From Clostridia bacterium (GTDB lineage Bacteria > Bacillota > Clostridia > Oscillospirales > Acutalibacteraceae): a stretch of DNA of 64,000 nucleotides. Under the pieces are notes generated by a model, which saw nothing but the letters and a program-made list of their open reading frames with translations, did not search any database and was not told the origin of the DNA. Shown here one piece after another: positions 17,901 through 26,751 of the stretch. Both the position numbers and the translations under genes were made by a program. Positions within the stretch are counted from its first letter, which is position 1; every line of letters begins with the position of its first letter. The stretch lies in the NCBI GenBank assembly GCA_017410585.1, contig JAFQQM010000001.1, positions 7,343 to 71,342 of the forward strand, given 5' to 3'.

Positions 17901-18500
17901 GGATTCCAATTCGACCAACATATCCCGCAGACGCAGGAGGTTGGCTTCGGTGTTGGCCAGCCGGCGCTCCGCCTCGTTTTTGCGGAAACGGTATTTGGCG
18001 ATACCGGCCGCCTCTTCGAAAATTTCACGGCGGTCGGCGGATTTGGACGCTACGATATCCGCCACACGTCCCTGCCCGATGATGGAATAACCGTCCCGAC
18101 CGAGACCGGTATCCATAAACAGAAGTTGAATGTCGCGCAGACGAACGTTGGCGTTGTTGAGCATATAATCGCTGTCGCCCGAACGGTAGTACCGACGGGT
18201 GACGCGGACTTCATCGTTGTCAAAGTCCAACTTGCGGTCGGTGTTGTCGATGGTCAGCGATACCTCCGCAAAGCCGAGTGATTTACGGTCCTGCGTGCCG
18301 TTGAAGATGACGTCTTCCATCTTCGTACCGCGCAGGCTTTTGGACGATTGCTCGCCCAATACCCAGCGGATAGCATCGCTGATATTGGATTTACCGCTGC
18401 CGTTAGGCCCCACGACGGCGGTGATACCGGAATTGAAGTTCAGTATCGTCTTGTCGGGGAACGACTTAAAGCCGCGGATCTCAAGGGATTTCAGAAACAA
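14913..18500 (-). CDS. smc: Chromosome segregation protein SMC
   Basis: 1195 aa. N-terminal GPNGSGKSN, long coiled coils, a hinge, and C-terminal LSGGEKALTAIALLFA...LDEIEAALD. Confidence 0.97.
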   Translation of the reverse strand: MFLKSLEIRGFKSFPDKTILNFNSGITAVVGPNGSGKSNISDAIRWVLGEQSSKSLRGTKMEDVIFNGTQDRKSLGFAEVSLTIDNTDRKLDFDNDEVRVTRRYYRSGDSDYMLNNANVRLRDIQLLFMDTGLGRDGYSIIGQGRVADIVASKSADRREIFEEAAGIAKYRFRKNEAERRLANTEANLLRLRDMLVELESRVGPLEHESKKAEKFLEYAGERKGLEIALWLHQIEKARDTLRSLSGKLELARVQYDAAADKIDDIDRQIDAVGEQSALLAAQIDELRRQAQLFEEEATHRDGDIAVRENDILHNNENIARMQSEIEQSRTGGAQIDQEIAACRAVIAEKEAAIAESEKQQLALSEEMDALSRSSDEAGNKLEQANRNAAALALQMADIRVQQSAGETSLSEIELRLSQLTAAVELRQAAAEAAEQELADSLEAVDNCKEQVQSLQNTVGGYQMRADSRNKRLETVRAEVDQLTLDAEDKRRRIKLLEDLENSMEGFSGSVKLVIKQAEAGALRGIRGPITRLIDVPSKVALAIETALGANAQNIVCDREDDAKKAIAYLKNNKAGRATFLPVETIKGRTLDEKGVEDAFGVVGIASDLVTCDERYREILVSLLGRIVVAETLDDATALAKRYHYKFRIVTLDGQVVNAGGSLTGGSHVKGAGLLSRRSEIEKLQADYNKSVAKLEDAKASLNSVQQEASAATAALVGAQGELTTAQEDLIRLEAEQRRLTETAENSRTAVTDCRTEIDTLHTREAEQKQLIAAAVQSAADVAAKQAAIEQELAELSGGRQELAGAREELGNRVSELKLAAVTARKEIEAQEMSIQSLEQRQHDAVGFCESLEQQIAAVQEQNAEIEQNIAELRQQAADGRQRAADVTATAEALILKRTEGEAGVTALRQQQREASDEKERLGGEVARIEEKTTAAQLETDEIIRKLYEEYELTRAEAEAIAPPLENITEATRRLQELKNKIRGLGHVNVGAIDEYKEVKERYDFLYTQVTDVEVSRKELLDLIGDLTGQMRDVFIERFNEINGYFGKIFAELFDGGKAELKLQDPDDVLSSGIDMFVQPPGKVILNLDALSGGEKALTAIALLFAILRVTPSPFCVLDEIEAALDDVNVDRYAQYLRRMTDESQFIVITHRRGTMEEADVLYGVTMQEKGVTTLLELRASEVEARLGLKLNQDNE

Positions 18501-18530
18501 ATGCTGTCACATCCTTACTTTTGTGTTGAC

Positions 18531-19211
18531 TCAAAAGCCCATCAGCCGGAGGGCTTCGCGGGCAGCCTGCTGCTCCGCTTCTTTCTTGGTATGGCCGGTT
18601 CCTCGGCCGATGACGTTGGAATGCAGATGGACCTCTACGGTGAATTTCTTATCGTGATCCGGCCCTTTTTCGGCGACCAACACGTATTCGACGCGCTCGC
18701 CGGGGTTTTGCTGAATGATCTCTTGCAGTTGGGTCTTATGATCTTTAAACCGTGCCTGCCGACGGGCGGCCAGTTCTTTTTCCAGAAAGGGGAGAGCAAA
18801 CGCTCTGGCGGCGTCCAATCCGCCGTCTAAATAAATAGCGGCGACCAACGCCTCAAAGGCGTTTTCCAGATTGGAAGTGCGCTCCGCACCGCCGCCCAGT
18901 TGCTCTCCGTGGCCGAGGCGAAGATACGCCCCGACGTCCAGTTGACGGGAGTAGGAGGCGAGTGCCTCACTGCACACTACCGACGACCGTTGCTTGGATA
19001 AAGCGCCTTCGTTGCGGTCATCGTGATGATACAGATGGTTGGCGGCAATCAGCCCCAACACCGCATCTCCCAAAAATTCCATACGTTCGTTGCATTCGCC
19101 GCCCCGCCGTTCGTTGGCGTAGGAAGCGTGCGTCAACGCCGTTTCCAGCAGGGAGATATCCTTAAAGGTGTACCCCATATTCTGCTGTAAAGCGGTCAGA
19201 TCCGATCTCAT
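18531..19211 (-). CDS. rnc: Ribonuclease III
   Basis: NERMEFLGDAVL signature plus a C-terminal dsRBD (GPDHDKKFTVEV...GHTKKEAEQQAA). Confidence 0.95.
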   Translation of the reverse strand: MRSDLTALQQNMGYTFKDISLLETALTHASYANERRGGECNERMEFLGDAVLGLIAANHLYHHDDRNEGALSKQRSSVVCSEALASYSRQLDVGAYLRLGHGEQLGGGAERTSNLENAFEALVAAIYLDGGLDAARAFALPFLEKELAARRQARFKDHKTQLQEIIQQNPGERVEYVLVAEKGPDHDKKFTVEVHLHSNVIGRGTGHTKKEAEQQAAREALRLMGF

Positions 19212-20215
19212 CCCACATCCTCCGCTTTCGTAGCCATCGCCTCGGCAATGCGGGTGGGAATATCCGCTTGGGCGGCTTCCGCCGCCACGCGGATGGCATT
19301 CATAAACGCCACGCGGTTGGCGTTGCCGTGTGCCTTGATGACCGTCTTGCGGACACCCAACACCGGCGCGCCGCCGTGCGCGGATGCGCTCATTTTCTTT
19401 TTCAGCGAACCGAGATACGGCTTGACCAACGCCCCGCCGAGAATGGTCAGCAGGTTGGTGTGGAAGATGCTCTTGATGTTTTTCAACAGCATATCGGCTG
19501 TGCCTTCCATCGTTTTAAGCAGTACGTTGCCGGAGAAACCGTCCGCTACGACCACGTCCGCCGCCCCGTACGGCACCGCCCGCGCCTCCACGTTACCGAT
19601 GAAATGCAGGTCGCTTTCCGAAAGCAGTTTGTACGCCTGCTGTTGCAGATCGCCGCCCTTGTGCTCCTCAACGCCGTTGTTCAGCAGACCGACGGTGACG
19701 TCCTCACTTTGCTTGATGACCTTGGACATATACAGCGCGCCCATCTGTGCAAACTGCAACAGCATTTCGGGACGACACTCGGCGTTGGCACCCATATCCA
19801 ACAGCAGAAACGGCTTGGTGCCCGACGGCAGTACCGACGCAAACGCCGGACGGCTGACACCTTGGATCCGCTTGACGATGAAGGTGGCACCCATCAACAC
19901 CGCACCGGAACTGCCGGCGGTGACAAACGCATCGCCTTCGCCGGCGGCGACCGCCTGCAACCCGACACCCATCGAACTGTTTTTATGTTCTTTCAGAATG
20001 CTTTTCGGTTCGTCGTCCATCGTCAGCACGTCGGTGGTATGGCAGATCTCGATGCCGTCCATCGCCACGCCGTTTGCGGCGGCACAGTCGCGGATAGCCT
20101 GCTCATCGCCGCACAGCACGACGGTATGACCGTACGCCTTCACCGCATCGGCGGCTCCTTGAATGGCCGCGAGAGGGGCGTTATCGCCGCCGAAAGCATC
20201 TACGTAGATTCTCAT
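19208..20215 (-). CDS. plsX: Phosphate acyltransferase PlsX
   Basis: MRIYVDAFGGDNAP. The ATG at 20215 (GGAGG 8 nt upstream) is preferred over the TTG at 20230 used by the track. Confidence 0.95.
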   Translation of the reverse strand: MRIYVDAFGGDNAPLAAIQGAADAVKAYGHTVVLCGDEQAIRDCAAANGVAMDGIEICHTTDVLTMDDEPKSILKEHKNSSMGVGLQAVAAGEGDAFVTAGSSGAVLMGATFIVKRIQGVSRPAFASVLPSGTKPFLLLDMGANAECRPEMLLQFAQMGALYMSKVIKQSEDVTVGLLNNGVEEHKGGDLQQQAYKLLSESDLHFIGNVEARAVPYGAADVVVADGFSGNVLLKTMEGTADMLLKNIKSIFHTNLLTILGGALVKPYLGSLKKKMSASAHGGAPVLGVRKTVIKAHGNANRVAFMNAIRVAAEAAQADIPTRIAEAMATKAEDVG

Positions 20216-20329
20216 CCATGTTTCCTCCAAACTACGGAAAATTCCAATGTACTATTATATATTATTATATTTAATTTGTCAATTCAGTTTCTTATGAAAT
20301 TTCCCTTGCGTTTGCGGGAAAAGTATGAT

Positions 20330-20797
20330 ATGATACAAAACGGAAAGGATGTGAGGCATACGGAAAGCGTCAAAGGCATTGTCGAGAGTACCATCTCGCT
20401 GGATAAGTCCTCTTGCTACTTTATGAAGAGCGGCAAATGTGCGCTGAGTATCATCGGTGATTTTTCGTTTTCCCGCCTGCGGTTAGATCCTTCCGACGTG
20501 CTGTATTGCCCCAATCTGTTCCGCCAGATGACCGGCAAAGACAAATCCAAACCGGTCAATATCATCCCGTGCGAATGCGGACACGCCGAAGTGGTCAGCG
20601 GTCAGCAACGCGCTTGTATTGCCAGCCAAAAGCGTCTGCGTGTGGCGGTGGCGGCGGCGGGGGAAGAAAGTTACCCGCTGTGTAGTGTTTGCGGTAGCCA
20701 AATGACCTTGGATGAGACGGCGGCGCAGGCCGGCGGTCTGCGTGTGGTCACCGTCCACGCGGTCATCGAACCGCCCAAGAAACCCCGAAAGAAATAA
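20330..20797 (+). CDS. Hypothetical Cys-rich (putative zinc-binding) protein
   Basis: Only the 3' part of track ORF 19268..20797 is non-antisense. It has CPNL, CECGH and CSVCGS motifs and a basic tail, and is followed by a terminator. The start is uncertain (20294 or 20330). Confidence 0.45.
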   Translation: MIQNGKDVRHTESVKGIVESTISLDKSSCYFMKSGKCALSIIGDFSFSRLRLDPSDVLYCPNLFRQMTGKDKSKPVNIIPCECGHAEVVSGQQRACIASQKRLRVAVAAAGEESYPLCSVCGSQMTLDETAAQAGGLRVVTVHAVIEPPKKPRKK

Positions 20798-20798
20798 G

Positions 20799-20837
20799 AA
20801 AAAAGGACCTTTGGAAACCCCAAAGATCCTTTTTTTT
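20799..20837. terminator. Bidirectional intrinsic terminator shared by convergent genes
   Basis: A-run, AGGACCTTTGG-AAACC-CCAAAGATCCT, then a T8 run. Confidence 0.85.
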
Positions 20838-20994
20838 AATCGACAAACCCGTCGTATCGCATAAATCGCTCGAAATCACGAAGCGCCTGCTTGTCCTGCT
20901 CGGTCAGCACCGGCTCGGGTGGCAGCGGACGGCGGCGTTTGCCAAGCAACCACCCCAGCCAAAAGGCGGGTATGGCGAGAAGCATTCCCCACAT
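20836..20994 (-). CDS. Small membrane protein (52 aa), last gene of the phage-like cluster; not in the supplied ORF track
   Basis: Own translation: MWGMLLAIPAFWLGWLLGKRRRPLPPEPVLTEQDKQALRDFERFMRYDGFVD. AAAGGAGG lies 8 nt upstream of the ATG. It has one N-terminal TM helix. Confidence 0.6.
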   Translation of the reverse strand: MWGMLLAIPAFWLGWLLGKRRRPLPPEPVLTEQDKQALRDFERFMRYDGFVD

Positions 20995-21008
20995 GACCCA
21001 CGCCTCCT

Positions 21009-21734
21009 TTAGCGACCGAGTACGCGCTTGCGTAGCGCATACACCAGTTCGACGTAATGCGGATAGAAGCGGGTGCCGGCGTAGTAGTCGTTGTTGCCCA
21101 GCAGACGGATGTACTGCGATAAGTCGCTGGCAGAATAGCCGGAACTGCCGCTGCCGGAACTGCCGCTGCCGGAACCGCCGCCGTTTGCTTTGGCGGCGGA
21201 GACCGCCGCGTTATACTGTGCCTTCGCGCTGTCGTTGGCTTGCGCCATCAACGCCTCCAGCGAGTTTTGCATGTCGGTCTGTGCCTGCGTTTCCGCCTTG
21301 GCTTTTTGTTCGCCGAGCCATTGTTCGTTGCCCGCCAACACGTTGAACAGTTCTTCCCGCAACCCGTTGATCGCCGCCTGCTGTTGCAAGGCGGTGTTCG
21401 CGTCCGCTTTGGAGCGGGTGGTGGCAATAGCGGTCTGTTGCGAGCGGTTTAACCCGCTGTCGCCTAACCCCAGATTGGCCATTTGTTCCGCCACCGTCTT
21501 GCGGGAGACCGCCTCACGGATGGCATTGCGGTCGTATAACCCGCGGTACTGTTGCTCGGTCGCCTGCATCTGCGAATCAAACGCCTTCTGATGTCGGCTG
21601 TTCATACCGGCCGCCGTCTGTTCCAGATTGGCAAACACCTTTTTGAGTTGGGCTTTACGCTTCTTTTCGTATTCTTCCTGCTGCGCCAACGCATCCTGTT
21701 GCGCTTGCGCCAAATAGCCGGAATAGGAACTCAT
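21009..21734 (-). CDS. Phage-like structural or internal protein, Q/A-rich coiled coil with a GS linker (function unknown)
   Basis: The start is taken at MSSYSG (AAAGGAGA RBS). It is Gln/Ala-rich and helical, with a GGGSGSGSSGSGSSG linker and a basic C-terminal domain. Confidence 0.6.
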   Translation of the reverse strand: MSSYSGYLAQAQQDALAQQEEYEKKRKAQLKKVFANLEQTAAGMNSRHQKAFDSQMQATEQQYRGLYDRNAIREAVSRKTVAEQMANLGLGDSGLNRSQQTAIATTRSKADANTALQQQAAINGLREELFNVLAGNEQWLGEQKAKAETQAQTDMQNSLEALMAQANDSAKAQYNAAVSAAKANGGGSGSGSSGSGSSGYSASDLSQYIRLLGNNDYYAGTRFYPHYVELVYALRKRVLGR

Positions 21735-21748
21735 AACGGATTCTCCTT

Positions 21749-23746
21749 TCATTGGATAGAAAATGTGATGCCGCGCCAAGCGACCGATCGGTCTGTTTCT
21801 GCGCGCAGCGAGAAACGGCGTACCCGCCGCAGGGCGAGAAACGCCCGCGCAAAGCCGTTTTCATCGGTGGTGACCGTCCGTTTGTCACCGTCGCCGGCCG
21901 GTCGGTCGCCGGAAGGCAACAGGGTGAGAGGCGCATACGGCGAACCGCTTTCCAGCGTCACCGTCCGCACCGTCTTACGGCGGTCTTCCCGTCCGGCGGT
22001 CAGATGAGGCAACTGCAACATCGAGTGGATGGGGGATTCGCCGTCGACCGTGTCGACCTCGCCGCCCAATATCCACAATTGCTTGTCGCCGATCAAAAGC
22101 GGTGTTTCGCCGTCGACGATCGCGGTTGCCTGTACACCGGACGGCAATTCCCAACGGTACCAAGCCAAACGGCTTTGTAACGTGCTGTCGGCGGTGCCGG
22201 TACCGACTGCCGCCAGACCGGCGGTGCGGTAATCAAACAAAAAGATCTGCGTTCCCGCCATCAACAGATAATGCCCATAGCAATCGGCGGCACAGCGAAT
22301 AGCCCCTTGGCTCTGTTGCAACAGCGGCCACACCGCCTGCCCGATCTCCCGCACGTTGCGCTCGCTGTAGATGTTGCCGCTGACCAGCATATACACCCGC
22401 CCGTCACTGTTGGTCCATACCAGACGGTTGTCACACAGCGCCAGCGTGTCGGGAAGGTCACAGCCGACGTTCCACGCGATCAGTGCCAACGGGAATTGTG
22501 CCACCGCGGTTTCGATGTCGGTCACCGTTCCGTTCTCCAGTGCGGCGGTCAACGCCTCGCTGTCGGTCACGCCGACCGTATACGAACTGTACCACACCTC
22601 GGTCTCCTTGAAGATGACCAGCATATCCGCCTGTTTCTTGAGTGCCGTAATGGCTTGTCCTGCCTGCCCAACGCGGGTGTCGTTGTTTTCCGGCAGATAG
22701 GCGATGTTGTCTATCGCGCTGTAACAGAGGCGGCTCGGTTCCTGATGACTGCCCGCCAGAAAACAGCGGGTGCCGCCGCCCAAACCGGCGGTACTGCCGC
22801 CAAACCACGTTGCCACCGTCATCGAACGGATCAACTCCCGATCAGCCGGCTGATCGGTCAGCGGTCGATAGGTGAATATCAATGAACTCCATTTTTCGGT
22901 GTCCGGTACCGCTACTTTGGTGCTGTTGTCCTGAAACCATACCACGCCGGTCTGCGGCGACCAGCACACGACGTACCCGCTGATGGGATCGGTAGAGACC
23001 AATCCGTCGCCGGTATCGCTGACCAGCGGGATATTAAAGTCCGTTGCCCCACGCAACGTCACCACCAGACGGGCGGGACGGTGCCGCGTAAAGGACGGTA
23101 AGGTATGATAAGGCAGTCCGTCGGTTGGGAAAAATTCCATTTTAAACGCTTCGGTCAGCCGGTTGTACGGTTCGTACACGGTACCGGCGGCCACCGTCAT
23201 CGCTTTCGCCATTTCGTAGGTCTCTGCGCCGCGTGCCGCGATAAGCACCGTCGGTACGTAGATATCCAATTGGGTCAGCGTGCCGTCGTAGTCGAGCGAA
23301 TAGGGGACACCGTCGATGTACATCATCGCCAACCCATCCCCGCCGCTGATCGGCAACAACTGGGTCGGCAACGTTTGCCAATCGGCGGTGGTGTTTTGCC
23401 GTACGATGGAAAATCGTCCGGACGCTTCGCAGAAGACCGCCCCCAGCGCATAACCGCTGATCAGGGTGTGCAGTAAGAGCAGGAGTTGACCGCGCTGGCC
23501 GTTGAATACCAGCGGCTCAGGCAACAGCACCTGCCGCACCACCGTGCCGAAATTGGGAAACTGGTCGTCGGTCGGCCGTACGCCGGGGCGGGTGCGTAAA
23601 GCCCCGTCCTTCCACCATAGATTGCAGGCATCCCGCAGGCGGTTGGCATCGATGGCGGCGTCATCGCTGACGCGGTCGATCCCACCGCTTAAAGCGGAAA
23701 GGCGCAGACGGCTCTCCGCCGTTCGCCCGTAAGAGGGATATTGCAT
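21749..23746 (-). CDS. Phage-like tail/nozzle candidate (665 aa), directly downstream of portal
   Basis: Position after portal, large size, beta-rich repeats (VWTNSDGRVYMLVSG, HYLLMAGTQIFLFDY) and a strong RBS. No family is assigned from memory. Confidence 0.6.
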   Translation of the reverse strand: MQYPSYGRTAESRLRLSALSGGIDRVSDDAAIDANRLRDACNLWWKDGALRTRPGVRPTDDQFPNFGTVVRQVLLPEPLVFNGQRGQLLLLLHTLISGYALGAVFCEASGRFSIVRQNTTADWQTLPTQLLPISGGDGLAMMYIDGVPYSLDYDGTLTQLDIYVPTVLIAARGAETYEMAKAMTVAAGTVYEPYNRLTEAFKMEFFPTDGLPYHTLPSFTRHRPARLVVTLRGATDFNIPLVSDTGDGLVSTDPISGYVVCWSPQTGVVWFQDNSTKVAVPDTEKWSSLIFTYRPLTDQPADRELIRSMTVATWFGGSTAGLGGGTRCFLAGSHQEPSRLCYSAIDNIAYLPENNDTRVGQAGQAITALKKQADMLVIFKETEVWYSSYTVGVTDSEALTAALENGTVTDIETAVAQFPLALIAWNVGCDLPDTLALCDNRLVWTNSDGRVYMLVSGNIYSERNVREIGQAVWPLLQQSQGAIRCAADCYGHYLLMAGTQIFLFDYRTAGLAAVGTGTADSTLQSRLAWYRWELPSGVQATAIVDGETPLLIGDKQLWILGGEVDTVDGESPIHSMLQLPHLTAGREDRRKTVRTVTLESGSPYAPLTLLPSGDRPAGDGDKRTVTTDENGFARAFLALRRVRRFSLRAETDRSVAWRGITFSIQ

Positions 23747-23759
23747 ACGTGCCCTCCTT

Positions 23760-25430
23760 TCAGATGACCGGCAGTTCGTCAGCCGGCGGGGTCTCCTTCA
23801 ACTCCCGCAACAGACCGGACAGATTCGGCACCGTGCCCTTCGGCAAGCGCGACAGATACTGCAACGGGGTGATGACCTGACGCTCAAACAGGTTATCCAG
23901 CGTTTGCACCGATTGCGCTTCACTCCACAACGTCGAAGCCCCGACGTCCGCTTTTACCGAGATAATGACGTCGGCAAACCGTCTGCCGTCAAACGGCAGA
24001 TACCAGATACCGCTGTCGTCCTCGATCTTGAGACTGCGTGGCCCGTACTGGGTCACCCAGAACTCCGCCCAGATGCGGGCAACCTCCTCCACAAACGCAT
24101 AAAAATGATTTTGCATCGTCTGCATCGGCATAGTTGCCGCTTCACGCAAGGCGATGATCGCGGAGGTGTTGTTGGGGTTCATATTGCCGAGTGCCGCGTC
24201 GTTGGCACCGGATTGGCTCATCGTGTTGCTGATGAGTGAGGAGATATTGGCATCGAACTGCGGCGAGAAGTTGGGCGGTTGCACGTAACGGATGGCGGAA
24301 TTGACGTCCTCTGCCGAACCGTATACGCGGATGACCTGACCGGGATCGTTGCTCACCTTCTGTTGCACCACGTCGCCGTTGACCACCATCATCGGGATAC
24401 CCATCATCATCACCGCCCATACGCTGGCGGTGACCATACGGTTGATGGCGATCTGGTTGGGGATCAAATGGGTGATCTCGCTTTCGCCGTAGATACAGCG
24501 GCGGCGCGGTTCCCACTCGAATTTGGCGATCGGGTACAGGCGTACCCCCAGTTCCCACGCCGGCCGTACCACCACTTTGCCGCAGACGCGGACCGCCTTG
24601 ATGACCGACGTTTGACCGGTCTTGTCCCACTCGCGGTAGAACTTGGTGATGACCGTCGCCTTGCCGTCGGCTTGTTCGCCCTCGCCGCCGGCGGTGAAAT
24701 CGTCCGGCTTGAGTTCTTCGGCCGCCGCACTGCGCCCCAGCCGCCTCATTTCCAGACGGATATCGTCGATGCGGCGACGCTGTGCGACCAAAATGTAGGG
24801 TTGCTCTTGCAGGTTGTCGTTGGCGGGATCGCCGAAACAGACGTTTTCGATGTCCAGTATCTCGCAACGGATGTCGCCGCGGATGGGAACGGTGTGCGCC
24901 TCATCGGCGTACAGACCGGTTTGCAGACGGTCGTCCCAATAGGTATACAGTAAGCCGGTGCCGGCAATGTACGCCTGTCTTAGCACCTTGCTTTTCAGTT
25001 CATCAAAACGTAATCGCTCGGCGGTGACGCGGAAATAATCGGATAACGCCGTCATCACCAGATTGATCTCCTCGTCGGCGGTGATCGGTTCGGTCGGCAT
25101 CAGTCCGCCTGCTAAACCGGCCCGCAGTTGCCCGATACGCTCCTGCGTATCCAACGTGTTCGGCACGCCGTCGGCGCTGTAACTGACCGCCACCGGATTG
25201 GAACCGATGACCGACATTTTATAGTCGCCGATGCGTTTGATGATGTTTTCTCTCACCAGCGGTCGCTCGGCGGAGGCGTTGATGCCGTGCCATTGATCGC
25301 CGATGTAAAATCGTTCGTTGACTTTGCATTGCTCAAAGAGACCCCGCCGACCGAGTCCCGCTTTGTAGGAACATCCGGCGGCGTATTCGTCCGCAATGCG
25401 AATGGGGGAATCCCATTTCAGAGTTGACAA
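23760..25430 (-). CDS. Phage portal protein (TTG start)
   Basis: 556 aa, immediately downstream of TerL. It has an NERFYIGDQW motif as in portal/connector proteins. AAGGAGG lies 8 nt before the TTG. Confidence 0.75.
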   Translation of the reverse strand: MSTLKWDSPIRIADEYAAGCSYKAGLGRRGLFEQCKVNERFYIGDQWHGINASAERPLVRENIIKRIGDYKMSVIGSNPVAVSYSADGVPNTLDTQERIGQLRAGLAGGLMPTEPITADEEINLVMTALSDYFRVTAERLRFDELKSKVLRQAYIAGTGLLYTYWDDRLQTGLYADEAHTVPIRGDIRCEILDIENVCFGDPANDNLQEQPYILVAQRRRIDDIRLEMRRLGRSAAAEELKPDDFTAGGEGEQADGKATVITKFYREWDKTGQTSVIKAVRVCGKVVVRPAWELGVRLYPIAKFEWEPRRRCIYGESEITHLIPNQIAINRMVTASVWAVMMMGIPMMVVNGDVVQQKVSNDPGQVIRVYGSAEDVNSAIRYVQPPNFSPQFDANISSLISNTMSQSGANDAALGNMNPNNTSAIIALREAATMPMQTMQNHFYAFVEEVARIWAEFWVTQYGPRSLKIEDDSGIWYLPFDGRRFADVIISVKADVGASTLWSEAQSVQTLDNLFERQVITPLQYLSRLPKGTVPNLSGLLRELKETPPADELPVI

Positions 25431-25454
25431 GAGTTTGTCCTCCTTTTTTGCTTG

Positions 25455-26738
25455 TTATCCCCAACCTCCGCGGAAATCGGCGGCGTTCCATTCGGAGCGT
25501 CTTTGCGGGATTTGGGCGTCGGGATGGGGTGTTTGGATGTCGGTCATCGCATACCGCAACGCATCCATCAGATGATTGTCACGGTCGACCGGTCGGTTGA
25601 TGCCGCTACCGTCGGCGTTTTTGTCCCAGACGTACGCCGACAACTCCCGCACCGTGTTGACACAGCGGGGATGCACCGTGATGTGATAGGCTTGTAACTG
25701 CTGAATGCCGTTGCGGATGCTGTCCGGTCCTTTGATCGCCGCCCGCAACCGCGAAAGACCCAGCCTTCGCAGTTCCTCATTGGATTTCGGTTCGGCGGCA
25801 TCGGCACGGATCCGCTCCTTGGCGTATCCTTTCCGAATGATCGTCTCGGCGATGTCTCCGTTGAGCATACGGGTCTGGTAATGCTCGTCAAAGATATACA
25901 ACTGCTTGGCGACCGGATCGGCCGCCGCCGCGATAAACGCCGTCGGATCGTTGGAATACCCGTAGTCGAGGCCGAAGACACGGGTATAACTCGCCGGCAA
26001 CGCCGCGATGTCAAACGGTCGTATCTCCCAATTTTCGAAGATCAGCCCGTCGGCGATGCCCCAATCGCCCAATCCCGCCACGCGGTAGAGTTGCGGTTGT
26101 GCGTCTTTCATCCGCTCGTATCGCCGTCGGTCGACTTCGTCCAGAAATTCGTTGCAGAGGTAGTTGGTGGTAAACACCGCCGTATCGCTGTCGGGGTGGT
26201 CGAAAAACCGCGCCTTGAGCCAATGTTTTTCCGACCACGGATTGAAGGTCACCGTCGTCTGCTTAAACAGCGGCGGAGGCAACGCCCCACGGGGTACCGA
26301 CAAGTCCAACTTATCAAAATCGTGTTCGCTGACGATCTCGGAGGCTTCCTCTACCCAGACCCAGCAGAGATACCCTTCCGGCACCGTGGCGGAGGCAAGT
26401 TTGTCCACATCGTCAAATCCTCGAAACAAGATGCGCTGTCCGGTGGGTTTAAACTCCAAAGACAGCGGATGTTCGGTCGCTTTCCACAGTGCCGACACCC
26501 GCAACCGTCGGATCGCCCACAGCAACTGCGCAAAGGTGGAATCGTGGTGGGTGTTGGCTACCGCTCGGACCACCAACAGATTGGCTTCGGGATATTTCAT
26601 CAGATGGTAGATATACCACAGTGCGGTCGTCGCGGATTTTTTAGAGGCTTTGCCGCCTTTTAAAACACGGTATCGCTTGCGGCAATGCCAGAATTCTCTG
26701 TACCCGCCGCCGACGATATCCGGTAAATGTACCGTCAT
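25455..26738 (-). CDS. Phage terminase large subunit (PBSX/Terminase_3-like)
   Basis: YRVLKGGKASKKS (P-loop), WVWVEEASE (Walker B) and FGLDYGYSNDPTAF (RNase H-like nuclease). Confidence 0.9.
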   Translation of the reverse strand: MTVHLPDIVGGGYREFWHCRKRYRVLKGGKASKKSATTALWYIYHLMKYPEANLLVVRAVANTHHDSTFAQLLWAIRRLRVSALWKATEHPLSLEFKPTGQRILFRGFDDVDKLASATVPEGYLCWVWVEEASEIVSEHDFDKLDLSVPRGALPPPLFKQTTVTFNPWSEKHWLKARFFDHPDSDTAVFTTNYLCNEFLDEVDRRRYERMKDAQPQLYRVAGLGDWGIADGLIFENWEIRPFDIAALPASYTRVFGLDYGYSNDPTAFIAAAADPVAKQLYIFDEHYQTRMLNGDIAETIIRKGYAKERIRADAAEPKSNEELRRLGLSRLRAAIKGPDSIRNGIQQLQAYHITVHPRCVNTVRELSAYVWDKNADGSGINRPVDRDNHLMDALRYAMTDIQTPHPDAQIPQRRSEWNAADFRGGWG

Positions 26739-26751
26739 AAGGCACCTCGCG

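Noticed and set aside
19268-20293. The 5' two-thirds of the 509-aa plus-strand ORF 19268..20797.
   Set aside because: This part is antisense to plsX. Only the portion downstream of the plsX start, from 20294 or 20330, is plausibly coding.
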